Below are positions 16,280 through 36,847 of a DNA stretch of 64,000 nucleotides, one piece after another; within the stretch, counting starts at the first letter, position 1; every line of letters begins with the position of its first letter. The notes beneath the pieces were generated by a model. The model was not told the DNA's origin. It saw nothing but the letters and a program-made list of their open reading frames with translations, and did not search any database. Source of the stretch: the human T2T-CHM13v2.0 reference genome, Homo sapiens; the NCBI RefSeq assembly GCF_009914755.1, contig NC_060934.1; one strand, written 5' to 3'. The position numbers were made by a program, and so were the translations under genes.

Positions 16280-18930
16280 CAAAACGTATTCTAGGAAGAT
16301 GCAGAGTAGGAAGCCCCAGGAATCTCTCTCTGCATATTGACAAAAATTGCACTAGCAGAATTTGTCTGATATAACTACTGTGGAACTCTGTAGTCTATTG
16401 AAAGTTTGCAACTACCAGAGGAAGGCTTAGATGGTAAATTGTAGCTAATTTTAGTCAATTTTAGCTTTTAGCACAGTAGCAGCCACTCATGCCCACACCC
16501 AGGCAAGTGTGCATGTGTTCCTGCAGCAGCTTGCTCTCAGCTTGTAGGAGCCAGGATGAACAAAAAGCATTCTGTTTTCCACATATTGAGGATTTGTGTT
16601 CTGATTGATGATTGCTGCTCTTGATCACTGTGGTACAGACAAGAAGCAGGCAGCCATCGTTTTTGCACTTCTCTCATTGTTTCAGGCCTCTTTTCCTCCA
16701 GTGGAAGTGACCTCCAAAGAACTTAAAGGCCAGTGGCCTTTTCTTTCCCCCCTCATTTTCATTCTTTGTTTTTCCCCCTTTTGAGAGCCAGGCATTAAAG
16801 ATTAGAACACTTATAAGACAACCATAAAATCTGGGAAAATTAGAAAGTGACCATGGATACCAAGGAGAAGATGCGGGCCCAGAAAAGACCTAAGAAGATC
16901 TTAAATTTATACCTCAGGCCTATCCTTGGCAAAGAGACACCCTCCAACAATCAAAAAACCCCCAAAACAATCTAAAAAAACACAATAACAAAAAGCAGCA
17001 AACCCTGGGAAGGAGAAAAATCTGATTTCCAGAATTACAACATTATTAGATTCAAATGTCCAGTTTTCAACAAAAAAAATCACAAGGCAAAACTAAAAAA
17101 AACCAAAAAACATAAAACAAAAATCACAAGGCACACAGATAAATTAAAAATGCATTGCTTGATATAGAAAAAAATAAACAGAAACTGTTCCTGGAAAGAT
17201 CTGATGGAGGATCTACTAGACAAATATTTAAAAACAACTGCCTTAAAGATGCTCAGTGAACTAAAGAAGATGCAAAGAAAGCCAAGAAAACAATGTATGA
17301 AGAAATGAAAATATCAATTAAGAGATAGAAAGCCTAACAAGAAACCAAAAAGAAATACTGGAGCTAAAATGTTTAATAACTGAAATTAAAAACTCACTAC
17401 AGGGACCCAAAGGCAGATCTGAGTAGGCAGAATAAATAATCAGGAATCTTGAAAATATGACAATGAAAATTATAGAGTCTGAGAAACAGAAAGAAATAAA
17501 ATTAAAGGAAGAGAGCTGAAGGGACTTGTGGGACATCATCAAGCAAACCAACATAACTAACATGAGAATCTTATAAGGAGAAGAGATAGAAAGAGGGGCA
17601 GAGAGAATATGCAAAAATAATAATGGCTGAAAACTTCCCAAATTTGATGAAACATATGCATATAAACATCCAAGAACCTCAATAAACCCCAAGTAGGATG
17701 AACTGAAAGAGACCCACAATAAGACACCTTATAATTAAACTTTTGAAAGAAAAAGTGAGAAAGTGACAAGAGAGAAACAACATGTCACATACAAGGGATC
17801 CTTAATAACATTATCAGCATATTTCTCATCAGAATCTTCAGAGGTCGGTAGGCAGTGGGCCAACATATTCAAAGTGCTAAATGGAAATAACTGCCAACCA
17901 GTAATTCTATATCTGACAAAACTGTCTTTCAAAAGTGAGGGAGAAAATAAGACATTCGCAGATGAGGGAGTTTGTGACCATGAGACCTTTTCTGCAAGAA
18001 GTGCTTAAGGGAGTTCTGCAGGATAAAATAAAAGGATATTAGTAACTAAAAGCTGTATGAAGAAACAGAGATCTCAATAAAGGTAATTACGTGGACAATT
18101 ATAAAAGTTAGTATTATTATAATGGTTTGTAACTACATTTTTGTTTTCTATATGACTTGAGACTAATACATTAAAACATTATTAGATTAAAATCTAGTAT
18201 TATTATAAATTGGTTTGTAACTTCATAATTTGTTCTCTGCATAATTTAAGAGACTAACGCATTTTAAAAATCATTAGTTTATGTTTTGGGGTACATAATG
18301 TATAAATGTAATTTTGTGATATTGACAATTGAAAGTGATGAAAAACAAGCTGTAAAGGAGCAAAGTTTTTGTATGTTATTAAAGTTAAGCTACTATAAAT
18401 TCAAATTAGAGCATTATAACTATAAGGTATTAAATGTAATCTCCATGGGAACCACAAATAAGAGATATTTGTACACTCAAGACTTTAGCAGCATTATTTT
18501 TAATAGCTAAAACATGGAAACAATCCAAGCGTCCATTGATGGATGAATGGATAAGCAAAATGCAGTATATACATACAATGAAATATTATTCAACCTTAAA
18601 AAGGAAGGAAATTTCAACATATGCTATAACATGAATGAACACTGAAGACATTATGCTACATGAAATAAGTCAGTCACAGAGGGACAAATGCTATACAATT
18701 CCACTAATACGATGTGTTTAGAATAGTCAACACCATAGCGACAAAAAGAAGAGTGATGGTTGCCAGGAAATAATACAGCATTTCAATTTTACAAAATGAA
18801 AGGAGTTATGGAGATAGATGGTGGTGATGGTAGCACAACATTATGAATGTACTGAATATCACTGAACTGTGGTTAAGGTCACAAATTTTGTTATGTATAC
18901 TTTACCACAATTACAAATTGTTTTAAAAAA
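16280..18930 (+). mobile_element. Old L1 (L1M/L1MB-type): 5' UTR, ORF1 remnant and 3' end
   Basis: 17763-18008 translates to REKQHVTYKGSLITLSAYFSSE...QWANIFKVL...CQPVILYLTKLSFKSEGE, homologous to the L1 ORF1p C-terminus. L1 3' motifs lie at 18460-18930. Confidence 0.85.
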
Positions 18931-18963
18931 AAAGAAAGAAGACAATATTCAGGTTGAGTCTAA

Positions 18964-19501
<538 letters not shown>

Positions 19502-20132
19502 CAGTTGAAGTAACTCTGATAAGCTGTATTGCTTGATATCCAGTGATTCCATGGAGTGGTGGGAGTGTGGTCTCTGATTGAGTAGACACGGGAATGTTCC
19601 ACCTGAAGCCCTTGCTAGCCTCTGCTCTGCTTGGGCAGAATATATCATTAAGCTTCATCACAGTATTTTCCCCTTTCCTGATTAAAAACACAGGAGGAAA
19701 GAGGAAACAATCTCTGAAGAATCACTATTTCAGGTAGGAAAGGCTGAGGGATATATCAGCGTTTGGGGGTATCTGCAGATTAGTGGGAGTAAAAGAGTGG
19801 TTTTTCAAAGAGAAGAGAAAGAAGAGGAAGGTAAGATGGTATGAAGCCAAATCTTGGAATGTATCTGGTTTTACAATTTTGATTTTGGAACCATGTGAAT
19901 GTTTTACAGAACTGAAACAAACAAAATAAAATATTTTACATAATTTAAAAAAACAACAAATTTCTAAAAGTCAAAACTAACCCAAACAAACGAATATGGG
20001 AATTATTGTATGTTCTATCTTTGCAACTCTTCTGTAAGTCTAAAATTATTCTGAAAGAAAATGTTTAAAAAATTACCTAAACAAATAATCTTAACTATGT
20101 TTTACGTTAGTGACATAATCACAGAGAAAATA

Positions 20133-20427
<295 letters not shown>

Positions 20428-20455
20428 TGAGAAAATAATTTTTTAAATGTCTATA

Positions 20456-21078
20456 TGTGGTAGGCAGAATAATGGTCTTCAAAGACATCCTCACTTTAAT
20501 CCCTGGACCCTCTAAATAGGTTACATTAAAGTGGCAAAAAAGACTTTGCAGATGCAATTAAGGTTATAGATTTTATATCGGAAAATTAGCCTGAAATATT
20601 TAGGTGGGTCTGATCTAATCACATAAACCCTTTAAAGCAGAGAACGTTGACTGAAAGCAGAAGAGACGTTGCAGAAGTGGAAATCAGAGAGATTCCAAGC
20701 ATAAAAAGGACTCAGTGTGCTGTGGCTGACACTGAGATGGAGAGACCCATTCCCCAAAACTAGAGGGTAGCCTCTAGGAGCTTACAGTGGTCCCAAGCTG
20801 ACAGTCAGCAGAGAAATGGGGACCTCAGTCCTACAACCATAAGAAACTGATTTGTGTCAACAACCCAAGTGAGACTGGAAGTGGATTATTCCCCAGAGCA
20901 TCCACATAAGTGCCCAGGCTGGCCAACTCTTGATTTAGCCTTGCAAAACCTGAAGCAGAGAAACCAGCCAAGCCAACCTGGACTTCTGACCTATAGAACT
21001 GTGAGATGACACATTTGTGTTGTTTTACATTGCTAAGTTTGTGGTAATATATTATGGTAGCAATAAAAAAGCAATACG
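20456..21078 (+). mobile_element. MLT1-family MaLR solo LTR
   Basis: tgtggtaggcagaataatgg...gactttgcagatgcaattaagg...cttctgacctatagaactgtgaga...ctaagtttgtggtaat. Confidence 0.8.
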
Positions 21079-22315
21079 CTTTAGAACACATTTTGGCTAT
21101 GTTTTCCTGGAGGGATATTTTGTAAGGATAAAAAGAAGTACAAAAAATGGCGAAATGTTATACTGAGTAGTCTTATTTTAATAATTACAGTGGCATTGTT
21201 TTGAAACTCTTATCAATAAATATATATCAGTCATGGTTCTAGCAAGAAACAAATAACAAACCTAAATTAGGAAAATTTGAGGAGAATTTAATAAAAAATA
21301 CTACAGGTATATGGGTAGAATGTAGGGAAGCACACAAAGAGTGATGTAGGAATATACCTGAAGGAGCAAAGGACCTGTAAGGAGAGAACTGTGCAAACTC
21401 TGCTACCTGACAGAGTGGTAGCAGAGAGGTAAATGTTTGTTGAATGAGTGAATGAACTAATTTTGTTAAATAGCAGATCTGATCAAACTACCCATCCATA
21501 ACGTATAAACAAAGAAAGCACTACGGATCTAATGTGAAAATACTTTCTCTAACTTGTCACTCACACCATCTTTACCCCCAGACTTTTTTCAATTGAGGTA
21601 GTTTGTCCCAGTTACTCATTTCTCTCTAATAAAAATACACATTTACCCCTCTTTCGCTTACCTTTGCAATACCCTGTCTCTGAGCAGAGTATATTTCCTG
21701 TCCCATTGACATAAGCAGAAACTATAGAGGTGTTTTCATGGCTTGGACTTAGCCTCTTGCACTCCAGTGATCCAACAAATATTGGTAGCTACAGGTTCAA
21801 AAAGACTGTAGAGAAGACTTAAACCCAACTTCCATTCTGGAGTCTAGTGCCTCAATCTAGAGCTATAGACGGTCATATGCAGTTGAACCCAGCTATGCCC
21901 AGACAAGCACAACCAAACTGGCCAACTTATAGACTCACACATTGATCCAGAAACATTGAGCTGGTGGCTCTAGCCATAGCAATTTAGCAAGAACAAGCAA
22001 CAAAAGGCATCCAGATTGGAAAGGAAGAAATAAAAAAAACTCTTTTAACAGATAACATGGTCTTTCCTTAAAAAAAGTTTAAGGTATCCACTTAAATAAG
22101 GTATCCACTAGAAATTATTAATAAATAAATTTAAAAAGTTTGCAGAATTCTATATCAGTATGTAAAAATCAGTCATATTTCCATACACTAGCAATACAAA
22201 TTTAAAAAAAAATTAATAAAGCAACTTTGTTTACAATGACATCAAAAAGAATAAGCACTTAGTAATAAATTTAACAAAAGAAGTGCAAGATTTTACACTA
22301 AAAACTGTAATACAT

Positions 22316-22607
<292 letters not shown>

Positions 22608-23164
22608 AACTGTAATACATTTTTAAGAAGATCTAAATAAATAGAAAGATGTCCTATGTTCGTGGATTGGGAGACTTAATATTGTTAGGATGGCAATACC
22701 TCCCAAATTGATCTACATATTCAATCCAGTGCCTAACAAAATCCTAGCTGCCTCTTTTCACAGAAAGTGTCAAGGTGATCACAAATTTCATATGGAAATT
22801 CAAGAGATCCAGAATATCCAAAATGATCTTGAAAAGAATAAATTTGGTGGACTCACACTTCCCGATTTCAAAACTTACTGCAAAGTTACAGTCATGTCAT
22901 AGACAATGTGGTACTAGCATAAAGATAGACCTATAGATTAATAGAATAAAATTGAGAGTCCAGAAATAAACCCTTACATTTATATTCATTTGGTTTTTAA
23001 AAAAAAATGCCAAGACAATTCAGTATGGAAAGAATTCTTTTCTACAAATGATGCTGGGCAACTGAATATACATGTTCAAATGGATGAAGCTGAACTCCTA
23101 CCTCACCCCATATACAAAAAAAAAGAACTCAAAATAGATTTTAGACCCAAATGAAAAGGAATAA

Positions 23165-23475
<311 letters not shown>

Positions 23476-23537
23476 AAAACTTTCTTTTAAGGATTCTCCT
23501 AAAAGAAAATATCTTCATAAATTTGTATTAAGCATTA

Positions 23538-23832
<295 letters not shown>

Positions 23833-24775
23833 ATTTGTATTAAGATTGGTTTCTTAGACATGATAACAAAAGCACAAGTAAAACAAAAATAGATAAACTA
23901 GAATTCATTAGAATTTAAATACTTTTGCGTTTCAAAGAACACCATCGAGAAAATGTAAAATAATTGCATAATGAGAGAAAATATTTGCAATTTATATAGC
24001 TAACAATGGAATGTATCTAGAATATCTAAAGGACTCTTATTACTTAACAATAAAAGAAAATTTCTCAATTTAAAAAATGAGCAAAGAAAAAAGAATAAAA
24101 GATTTACCTAGGCATCTTTCTAAAAGAAGACATACAAATAGCTAACAACACATGAAAAAATGCTCAATATCATTAGTCAGTAGGGAATTAAAAATCAAAA
24201 CCATAAGATACTACTTCATAACACTGCAAACAAACAAAAACAGACATTATCAAGTGTTGGTTAGGAGGTGGATAAATTGGAATCTTCATACATTGATAGT
24301 TGGGTTATAAATTGGCAAACACTGGAAAACAGGTTGGCTGTCTCTCAAAATGTTAAACCTAGGGTTACTATAGTACCCAGTAATTCCATTTCTAGGTATT
24401 TAACAGAGAGAATTGAAAACATATATCCATACAAAAACTTGGAAACAAACGTTCATAGTAGCATTTTCAGAATAGTCAAAAAGTAGAAGCAACCTAAATG
24501 TCAATGTACTGATGAATGGATAAATAAAATGCTGTATATCCATACAATGGATATAGCCACTACAAGAAATTAAGTGCTGGTATATACTACGACATGAATG
24601 AACCTTGGAAACATTATGCTAAAAGAAAGAAGACATAAAATACACACATTGTATGATTCCATTTATATGAAATGTTGAGTTAGGGAGATCACAGGGGTAG
24701 AAAGCAGACTAATAGTTTTCAGGGACTTGGGAAAGGGAGGAATGAGAGACAAATACTAGTAGATATTGTTCAAAG

Positions 24776-24776
<1 letters not shown>

Positions 24777-24808
<32 letters not shown>
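24777..24808. repeat. (CA)n microsatellite
   Basis: Uninterrupted CA run of about 16 units. Confidence 0.95.
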
Positions 24809-24810
<2 letters not shown>

Positions 24811-25051
24811 GGTAGGCTTCAGAGTTGTATTTGTTTTTATATGCATGTTCTCATATGATGAACAAAGCAGGGTATGTTAAGCCTGAGTGATTATTTTATG
24901 TATGTTTGTCACTCTATCTTTTCCTTCCTTCTTTCTTTCCTTTCTTCTTGACTTCATTTTTCTCTTTCTTCTTTTCTTTTAATGTGAACTTTTCACTATA
25001 GATATTTTAATACAATAGAGATGACAATGGACTTCCTATTTTTTTTGATAA

Positions 25052-26885
<1,834 letters not shown>

Positions 26886-26965
26886 TTCCTATTTTTTAGA
26901 CCGTACAGTGGATGATAAAATATACCCATCATTTACCTTTGACGATTATCATCAACAGATGGCCA

Positions 26966-27271
26966 ATTTTGTGTGTGTGTGTGTGTGAGATGGAATCTTG
27001 CCCTGTTGCCCAGGCTGGAGTGCAGCGGTGCATCTTGGCTCACTGCAACCTCCGCCTCCTGGGTTCAAGTGATTGTTCTGTCTCAGTCTCCCGAGTAGCT
27101 GGGACTACAGGCGCGTGCCATCACTCCCAGCTAATTTTTTTTTTTGTATTTTTAGTAGAGACGGGGTTTCACCGTGTTAGCCAGGATGGTCGCGATCTTC
27201 TGACCTCGTGATCTGCCCGCGTTGGCCTCCCAAAGTGCTGGGATTACAGGCGTGAGCCACTGTGCCCGGCC
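26966..27271 (-). mobile_element. Alu with (TG)n-converted tail
   Basis: Dimer; TSD agatggccaatttt. Confidence 0.9.
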
Positions 27272-27311
27272 AGATGGCCAATTTTAAAAACTCAGTATCT
27301 CCGTTGATCTC

Positions 27312-27760
27312 TGTGTTAGTTTCAGAACTCTGAGAGACAAACGTGAAGATAGGATAAGATGCACAAGAGATTTATTGGGGAAAAAAAGGAAGGGAACTAG
27401 AGGGAGCTAACAGAACTGTCAGAATGAAATGCAGGTTTAACTCCTGTAGAGAAGAGAAGAGAGGAAGGAAAGTTGGGTAGGAAATGTCTTAGACCTCAGT
27501 GGAGTTTTCAAAAAGTTTCAGGAAAGCCAATGGGAAATTCTTAAGCCCAGGTGGCATGTGAGAAAAGTACCCCACTCCCTAAGAATAGGCCTGCCGAAGA
27601 TCTCTGCTGCAAGAAGTCATTGACTGGGAATAGTCCATGAGAAACATGACCTCTGTGTAAACTGGTGATGAATTGATTTCAGAGCACAGCGGCTGGAGCT
27701 AGTCAATTGTGCTCTTGGCAGTGGAAGATCTGAGAGACATATTTTCATGACCACCATCAC
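27312..27760. mobile_element. Old ERVL-class LTR fragment
   Basis: tgtgttagttt...caagagatttattgggg LTR-end pattern; family uncertain. Confidence 0.45.
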
Positions 27761-28310
27761 CCTTCTCTCACCCAAGTAATTATGAAGCAAACCCTTAGCA
27801 TTATACAATCTCATCTTCACAGTTCTTTTTAGTGAAATCAGCCTATACCAAAATTTAGCAAAAGTATCTTGGGAGTGGGAGATGGGAAATAAAAGCAAAC
27901 CTACAGATTAATTTCATTTTACTTATATAAAAACTTTCAATAAAATGTTAGCAAATAGAATTTAGTAGTAAAAAAATTATAAAATAGGATTCATCTCAGG
28001 GATGCAAGGAAATTTATCAATAAAATTTACCACATTGGCAGTTCAAAGTAAAAATACAATAATAGTGGGAGATATAGAACTTATTTGTAAGATAACTCGT
28101 GAGATAACTTACACTATACTGGGGTGAGACAGGCAATAAACAAATAAACCTACAGTATAATGCAGGGATAGTACTGGTGCAGAAATAGCAATACGGGTTA
28201 CCAGAAAAGAGGAAAAAGTACAGAAACGAACACAAGTTATACCTTGTGCATAACAAAAAAGGATTTCAAAGCACTTAGAAAATGATAGACTACACTAGAA
28301 ACTGTGTTAG

Positions 28311-28646
<336 letters not shown>

Positions 28647-30036
28647 TCATTTGGAATTTTAAAAATAAATAGCTAGAACTACCTTATATCCTTATATGAA
28701 AATAAATTCCAGGTGGATTAAAACTTTGTCAACAGAGAAAAAACAATAAAATTACTAAAGTAAAATAAGTAAGCATTTATATTTTCTTGGAGGGAAGTTC
28801 AGTGACATGTTAAAAATTATAGAAACCTGATGAAAATGACAGCACAGATTTATGCACGTTAAAGAGTAAGAAATGTATACACTAAATACGGTATTTTACC
28901 TTGAGAAAGACTTGAAGTTTGGATGCAGAAATGGGCTCAGTAGAATTGCCTCTTGTGAATTCCTGTGTGGTGATCTAAGGAGGGTTTTCTGAAGTTAGAA
29001 AGTTTTAACATGAGATGTGGATGGGCCGGTTTGTAGCACACATAGTGATCTGAAGTAACTGGTAGATGTTTGATGTGTGTGCAGTATCTTTTGTGCATTC
29101 TTATTTGACTGTGTTCAGTTGGGTACAGTTTTCTAGTTACACCTAGTGTTTTACACAGATAAAAATCACACATAAACAAGCAAAAAATTGCCTTACACTC
29201 AAATTATTCTCTAATACATCAGTTGCATAGGAATAAATTCTCATTTTCAAAATAAGTGTCATAGCAAAACTGACAGAATAACAAAGATACCTCCACCTCT
29301 TCAAAGTAGCTCTGAGAAAATACATTGAAAAACTGTGGGAGTCTGATGGGTCGCTCAAGTCACTCCCTGTGTCCCAGGAAAGATTATGTGCCATGGATCT
29401 TCCTGGGCTAGAGTTCCATCTCATTTTCTTGAAGTGTATGCCTTTATCTACTTCTTTGTTAGAAAGGATGAGGTAGAATCAAACATGTCTTTGATATTAA
29501 GCTTCTGTGGTCCAAACTGAAAGGGAATTTTCTAGAGCAGTTTGTATCATCTGGAGAATTCTCTTTTTCGATTCATTGGTTTCCCAAGTTGTTCACTGTG
29601 GGCACATTTTTCTCTTCTTCCTCTTTCTTCCAAAAGTCATCAATTTCAAAAGAAATTTTACTAAAGTTCTCAGAAATGGCTAACCATTAGGAAATGATTT
29701 TTTTGTTGTTCAGAAAACTTTTAATCACAATTTTAAAAGGCTTTGAGTTCCTTATTCCCCAAAGGAAAAAATACTATAAGTCATATGTAATGTTGGCAGT
29801 ATCGACACAGTATTTCCTTAGAGAGTAACACATTTTTGAAGAAAGTTTCTTAACATTTCTGTAATTCAGGAAGGAATGGGGTAGTCAGGAAAAGGTACCA
29901 AATGAACATAGGCAATTGAGTTACGCAGGTTTTGTTTTCAGTTTATTGTGATATAGTTATAATTTCAGGCCCCATAACATTGCCTGGAGTAAATATTTAT
30001 TGGAGTCTATGACAAAATAAATTTTAGAGACTATAT

Positions 30037-30554
30037 TGTAAGGAAAATGAAATATTTTTTCTCATCCATTGCCAGGTTTATGACTAAGGCCCTTATAACA
30101 AAAGACAAAATAACAAGAGAAAAGCAAATGCATTTATTTAATATAAGTTTTACTTGACATAGGAGCCTTCAAAAATGAAGACTCTCCCAAAGAGGGAAAG
30201 CTCAGTATTATTATGCTTAAGTTTGATGAAGAGGGAACAGTCATGGAGAAAGATGACTGGACAAAGGGTGTATGATGTTATGGTAATAAACTGGGGGTAA
30301 TGTAGCAGCCTCATTTGTCAAATTATTCTCTGTGTTCCTTTCTTTAGAGATAAGAACATTCCTTGCCTCCACATATAGGATAGGCACCACTTACATGAGG
30401 GTCTTATGACCTACTTCAGGAGGTCAGGGAATTCTTTTATGGCCTGCTTCAGGGGGAAGGGCAGGAGAAGATCAGAGAGATCTTCCTGCTTCTGCAGTTT
30501 TTTCTCAAATGCCAAGCTGCCATATTTTGGGGTAGTGTATCCTGAAACCCATCA
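30037..30554 (-). mobile_element. ERV1-class solo LTR (MER31/MER34/LOR1-like group)
   Basis: TG...CA ends; reverse complement begins tgatgggtttcaggatacactaccccaaaatatggca. Confidence 0.6.
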
Positions 30555-31064
30555 GTATATTCATCTCTACTGAAGTTTTGATTTGTTTCAACTATGGGAA
30601 ACAATCAATTAATTGTTAAAGAAATACTGGTTCACTTTTTAACCTTCATATATTTATTATTATTTCATATATTTTTATTATTATTTCTGTCAATAACTTT
30701 TTATGATTTGGCTTCTTAAGATAACTTTATTGGATGGTAAAAGCACCAAACATAATATAATTTTATAGGTAATAATTTTTCATCTTTGCAAAAAAACTTC
30801 CACTAGTTCCAATTGGTTATTCATTCCTTTAATAAAGCAATATTTGATTCCTTAAATAATGTTTGGAAAAAAAAATGTTTGCAGCAGTAATTTATGGAAA
30901 TGAATTACTAGCCACTTAAGTGCTGCTTTTTGAAACTTTGTTCTTGAAGAGGGTGAGTTTTCAGTTTTATTCTTATGTAATGACATAATAATTAGAGAAA
31001 TAAATTGCATTTTGTAGATTGTAATTAAAATGTTGTTTTCCTCTTCTTTTATCGAGAAGATTAG

Positions 31065-31445
<381 letters not shown>

Positions 31446-31449
31446 TCAT

Positions 31450-32520
31450 TCTTTTTTTAATTAGAGGGAAAGAAATAAGCATTTACTTTGCCTGTATAAG
31501 AAGGAAATATAGTTATGTTCCAGTTAATGAGAATAAATGCTCTTTTACAAAAGACTGCCAACTAATAAATGTAGAAGAGGTGATGTAATTACAAAGTCAG
31601 CATTCTGCACACCCTTCTGCCCCATGAAATAATAGACACAGGCAAGGGACATCAGTACATGCTAAATAACTCAGTGAAAGGTTGTTGGGAAACGGGATAC
31701 TACCACGTTGCCAAAGCATTTCCCTAAGATAAAGAGAAAACAGTATCTTTACTAGGAAACAACCTAACAGTTATCATCTTAAACAACTCACCTAATTTAG
31801 CAATACAAGTAATGGGATAGGGAAATATTGTGTGACTATTAATGGGATGCAATATGAACTACACAGTGTCATCTATGAAATATGTATGACAAAAATGTTT
31901 AACTCAAATTGAACCAGGTCTTTAGATGTAATAGGTCTTTAGATGTAATTTCCAGTTTATGGTAAATAAAGGTGATAGAGTTGAACACATCATAAACAGT
32001 AAATCAAATCCAGAAGGTAAGATATTCTACAACACAACTACCTGGTCTCATAAAATACTCATCATCAAAGAAGAGGTGGGGCAAGTACTAGATGAAAAGA
32101 TACTTAAGAGACATACCAACCAAATGCAGTAGAGAAACTTGATTGCTTCCTACTTTAGAAGAAAAAAAACAGCTATAGAAGACTTTTTGAGATTGTTGGA
32201 GAAATTGGAAGGTTGACTGTGTATTGGATGATATAGAGGAATTAGTATGAATTTTTTACATGTGATAATGGTATTGTAGTTATGTAGGATAATTTTCTTA
32301 CTTTTAGCAGATGCATGCTGAAGAGGTAAACCAATGTGTTGCCTATAACTTCTTTTGAAACGATTTCTCAAACAAAAATATAAATATGTATACAAACATA
32401 CATATAAAAATATTTTTAAATGGCAAAATGTAAAAAAATTGCTGAATATAATAGTAGACATATAAATGACTATTGTACTATTCTTCCAACCTTTCATATT
32501 TAAAATTTTTCATAATAAAA
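31450..32520 (+). mobile_element. L1MC-type 3' UTR fragment
   Basis: cttaagagacataccaaccaaatgcag, tgtgataatggtattgtagttatgtagg, aaaatttttcataataaaa. Confidence 0.65.
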
Positions 32521-32987
32521 ACATGGGTGGAGGGGCAAGCTTCAATTTTTATTTTAATGAACTAGGCTTTATTTCCTACAGCCTGTATTACCATATCAGA
32601 GACTTAAGAATAAGTAGGAACTCTGTAGCCCAGAGGAAAATTGGCAGGGAGGTAAGGGATTTAGTCTGTTAGCATTGCATGCATCTATGGACCCAGTTCC
32701 TTGCATAGACCTAGAAGCTTTCTCTGAACGGAGGTAGCTCTTGGCATAAGTCCATGGGAGAAAATAATTCTCTCAGATGCTAAAATTATCTATGAATATA
32801 AATATAAATAGACAGGAAGAAAAGACAGGCTCAGGACTCTGAGGTGTCACCTTCAAGTGATTCTGTTGCTCTGGATCATTGCTCAGCTTGATAAATACTA
32901 GGAATCTTGGCCAGTTTTGAGTTGAAAGTACCCCATAGATATCATTGCAGCTTACTGAATTCCGGAGTGAAATGATCTTAAATAACA

Positions 32988-33067
32988 TTAGTTTGAGTCC
33001 TAAGAAATTGCAGATATGTGACCATTGTTGACAAACAAAAACAGAAATTTCATGTGGTTCTACTCAG
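32988..33067. mobile_element. MADE2 mariner-derived MITE
   Basis: 80-bp quasi-palindrome ttagtttgagtcctaagaaattgcagatatgtgaccattgttgacaaacaaaaacagaaatttcatgtggttctactcag matches the remembered MADE2 consensus. Confidence 0.7.
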
Positions 33068-33259
33068 TACTTCACTCTCCTCTACAACATTCTTGACAAA
33101 GGGTCACCCAGTCTCTTCATACACAAGAGAAAGTTTCGAGAAGTTCATTTCGTTTTCAGACAGACTTGTTAGGATAGTCTTCCTTACATCCAGATGACAT
33201 TTACCACTCTGTAAATACCAGCCTCTCTCCATTGGCCAGCTTGCTCCTTGACTCTTCAA

Positions 33260-33891
<632 letters not shown>

Positions 33892-34089
33892 TGACTCTTC
33901 AAATTTTTGAAAGCAGTTCTCATGCTCTGCGAAGTTTCCCCTTCTCTATATTAAACATTTATGGCTCCTTCAGCCATTCCTCTATCTAATACAATCTTAA
34001 GTTCTTTCATTATCATCTTTGAATTTCTCCTGGAGAAGCTTCTGTTCATCGATGACCTGGTGTTCCTCATGTTGGATCTATTGTTCTAG

Positions 34090-34285
34090 ACCAGATCTAT
34101 TATTGTGGACTGAATAACTCCTTGTTGTGGGGCGGCTGCCCTGTGCATTGTATGTTGCTTAGTAGCATCCTTGGCCTTTAAGGCTGGATGCCAGTAGTAC
34201 CACTCCCTTTTCCCCTGATTTGACACCAAAAATATCTACAAATGTTGCCTGTGGGACAAATTGCCCTTAGTTGAGAATTGCCGGT
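34090..34285. mobile_element. MER20
   Basis: gctgccctgtgcattgtatgttgcttagtagcatcc...ttgagaa. Confidence 0.7.
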
Positions 34286-34761
34286 CTAGCCACCAGAAAA
34301 TAACATAGTTATTATTCCAAATGTAACAAATATTTAAATTTTCCATTGGAAAAACAAGGGACTCTTGCAGTTTGGGAAGAGTTGATTGCTCTTTATAACA
34401 GAGGAAAGAAAATTTATAGTTTAAGAAGATGTGGTGAGGGTGAGAGGCGGAAGAGGGAGCATACTCAGAAGAAAGTCCTGTTTTTCTGCCTAAAGGGATT
34501 TCAGTACACAAATGTCTATCACGAGATTTTCAGAATTTGCTGCTGTGTTTATTCTGTAACAAATTATAATCAAGTTTACTATATTTTGGAAATCTTTGGG
34601 TCAGGTTGTATGTTTTGTGAACCAAAGAGGGAGGCTCAGTTCCTGGTCTGGGCTGATGTAGTGAAAATACAAACAAATTGTGTGCAACAGGAGCCCAGAG
34701 ACAGTGGAATCTACAGAATTCTCGTGGAGGACTTTGGCCTTTTGTGAGATATGGACTGTAG

Positions 34762-35100
<339 letters not shown>

Positions 35101-35294
35101 TGTGATCAGGTTCTTAAGAGCCTGTGTAATCCCACCTGATATCCCTGTATTATGTACATCCTAACCATCAAAGCAGGGGAGAACTATAACCTCTCTTATT
35201 TAGATTTCTCTTTATATGAACTAGTGTTTTTCTCCCAGCCACATTACAGTGATGATTCCTTCTATTAATATATGTATCTTTTGTGAGAAGTATT

Positions 35295-35530
35295 ATTTAA
35301 TAGTCAAAAGAACTGACTCTGAAGTTAGACTGCTTGAATTCAACTATGGCATCATCACTTATCTCTGCTACTATGCAATGCTACTTCTTTAAGCTTCACT
35401 TTCCTCATCTTTAAAATAAGGACAATAAATCTCATGGGGATACTTCTGCGGATTAAATGAATTAGTGTACACAGCACATAGTAGAATCTGAAAAAGCATA
35501 AGCCCTCCATAAATGTTGGCTACTATTATT
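35295..35530. mobile_element. MIR
   Basis: gactctgaagttagactgcttgaattc...cttcacttcctcatct-like core...ggattaaatga. Confidence 0.6.
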
Positions 35531-35602
35531 TAGTCTGTACTTATCTAAAAACTTGTGTTTTCTTCCACATGTGCTAACTATAATACTTCTATCATCCTGG
35601 GT

Positions 35603-36645
<1,043 letters not shown>

Positions 36646-36847
36646 TGGGTTTATGCTGTGTTTTGTTTTAGTTTTGGGGTTTGTTTGTTTTGGCTCTAAG
36701 TGCAGAAATTTATATTCATCTCTTAATTTCATCTTGATGAGAGTATGCCACCTGGAAATCAGATAACTTTGGCTTCAATTTCAATCTACCTACCTCTTAC
36801 CACAATTGTGAGAATTAATTATAAATAATATGTGGTAAAGACCAAGT

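Noticed and set aside
17318-18008. L1 ORF1-like ORFs as a possible domesticated gene
   Set aside because: Short, frameshifted remnants of a decayed L1; no intact reading frame.
34346-34747. 133-aa ORF in non-Alu sequence
   Set aside because: Starts at TTG rather than ATG, has no recognisable domain and no clear splice context.
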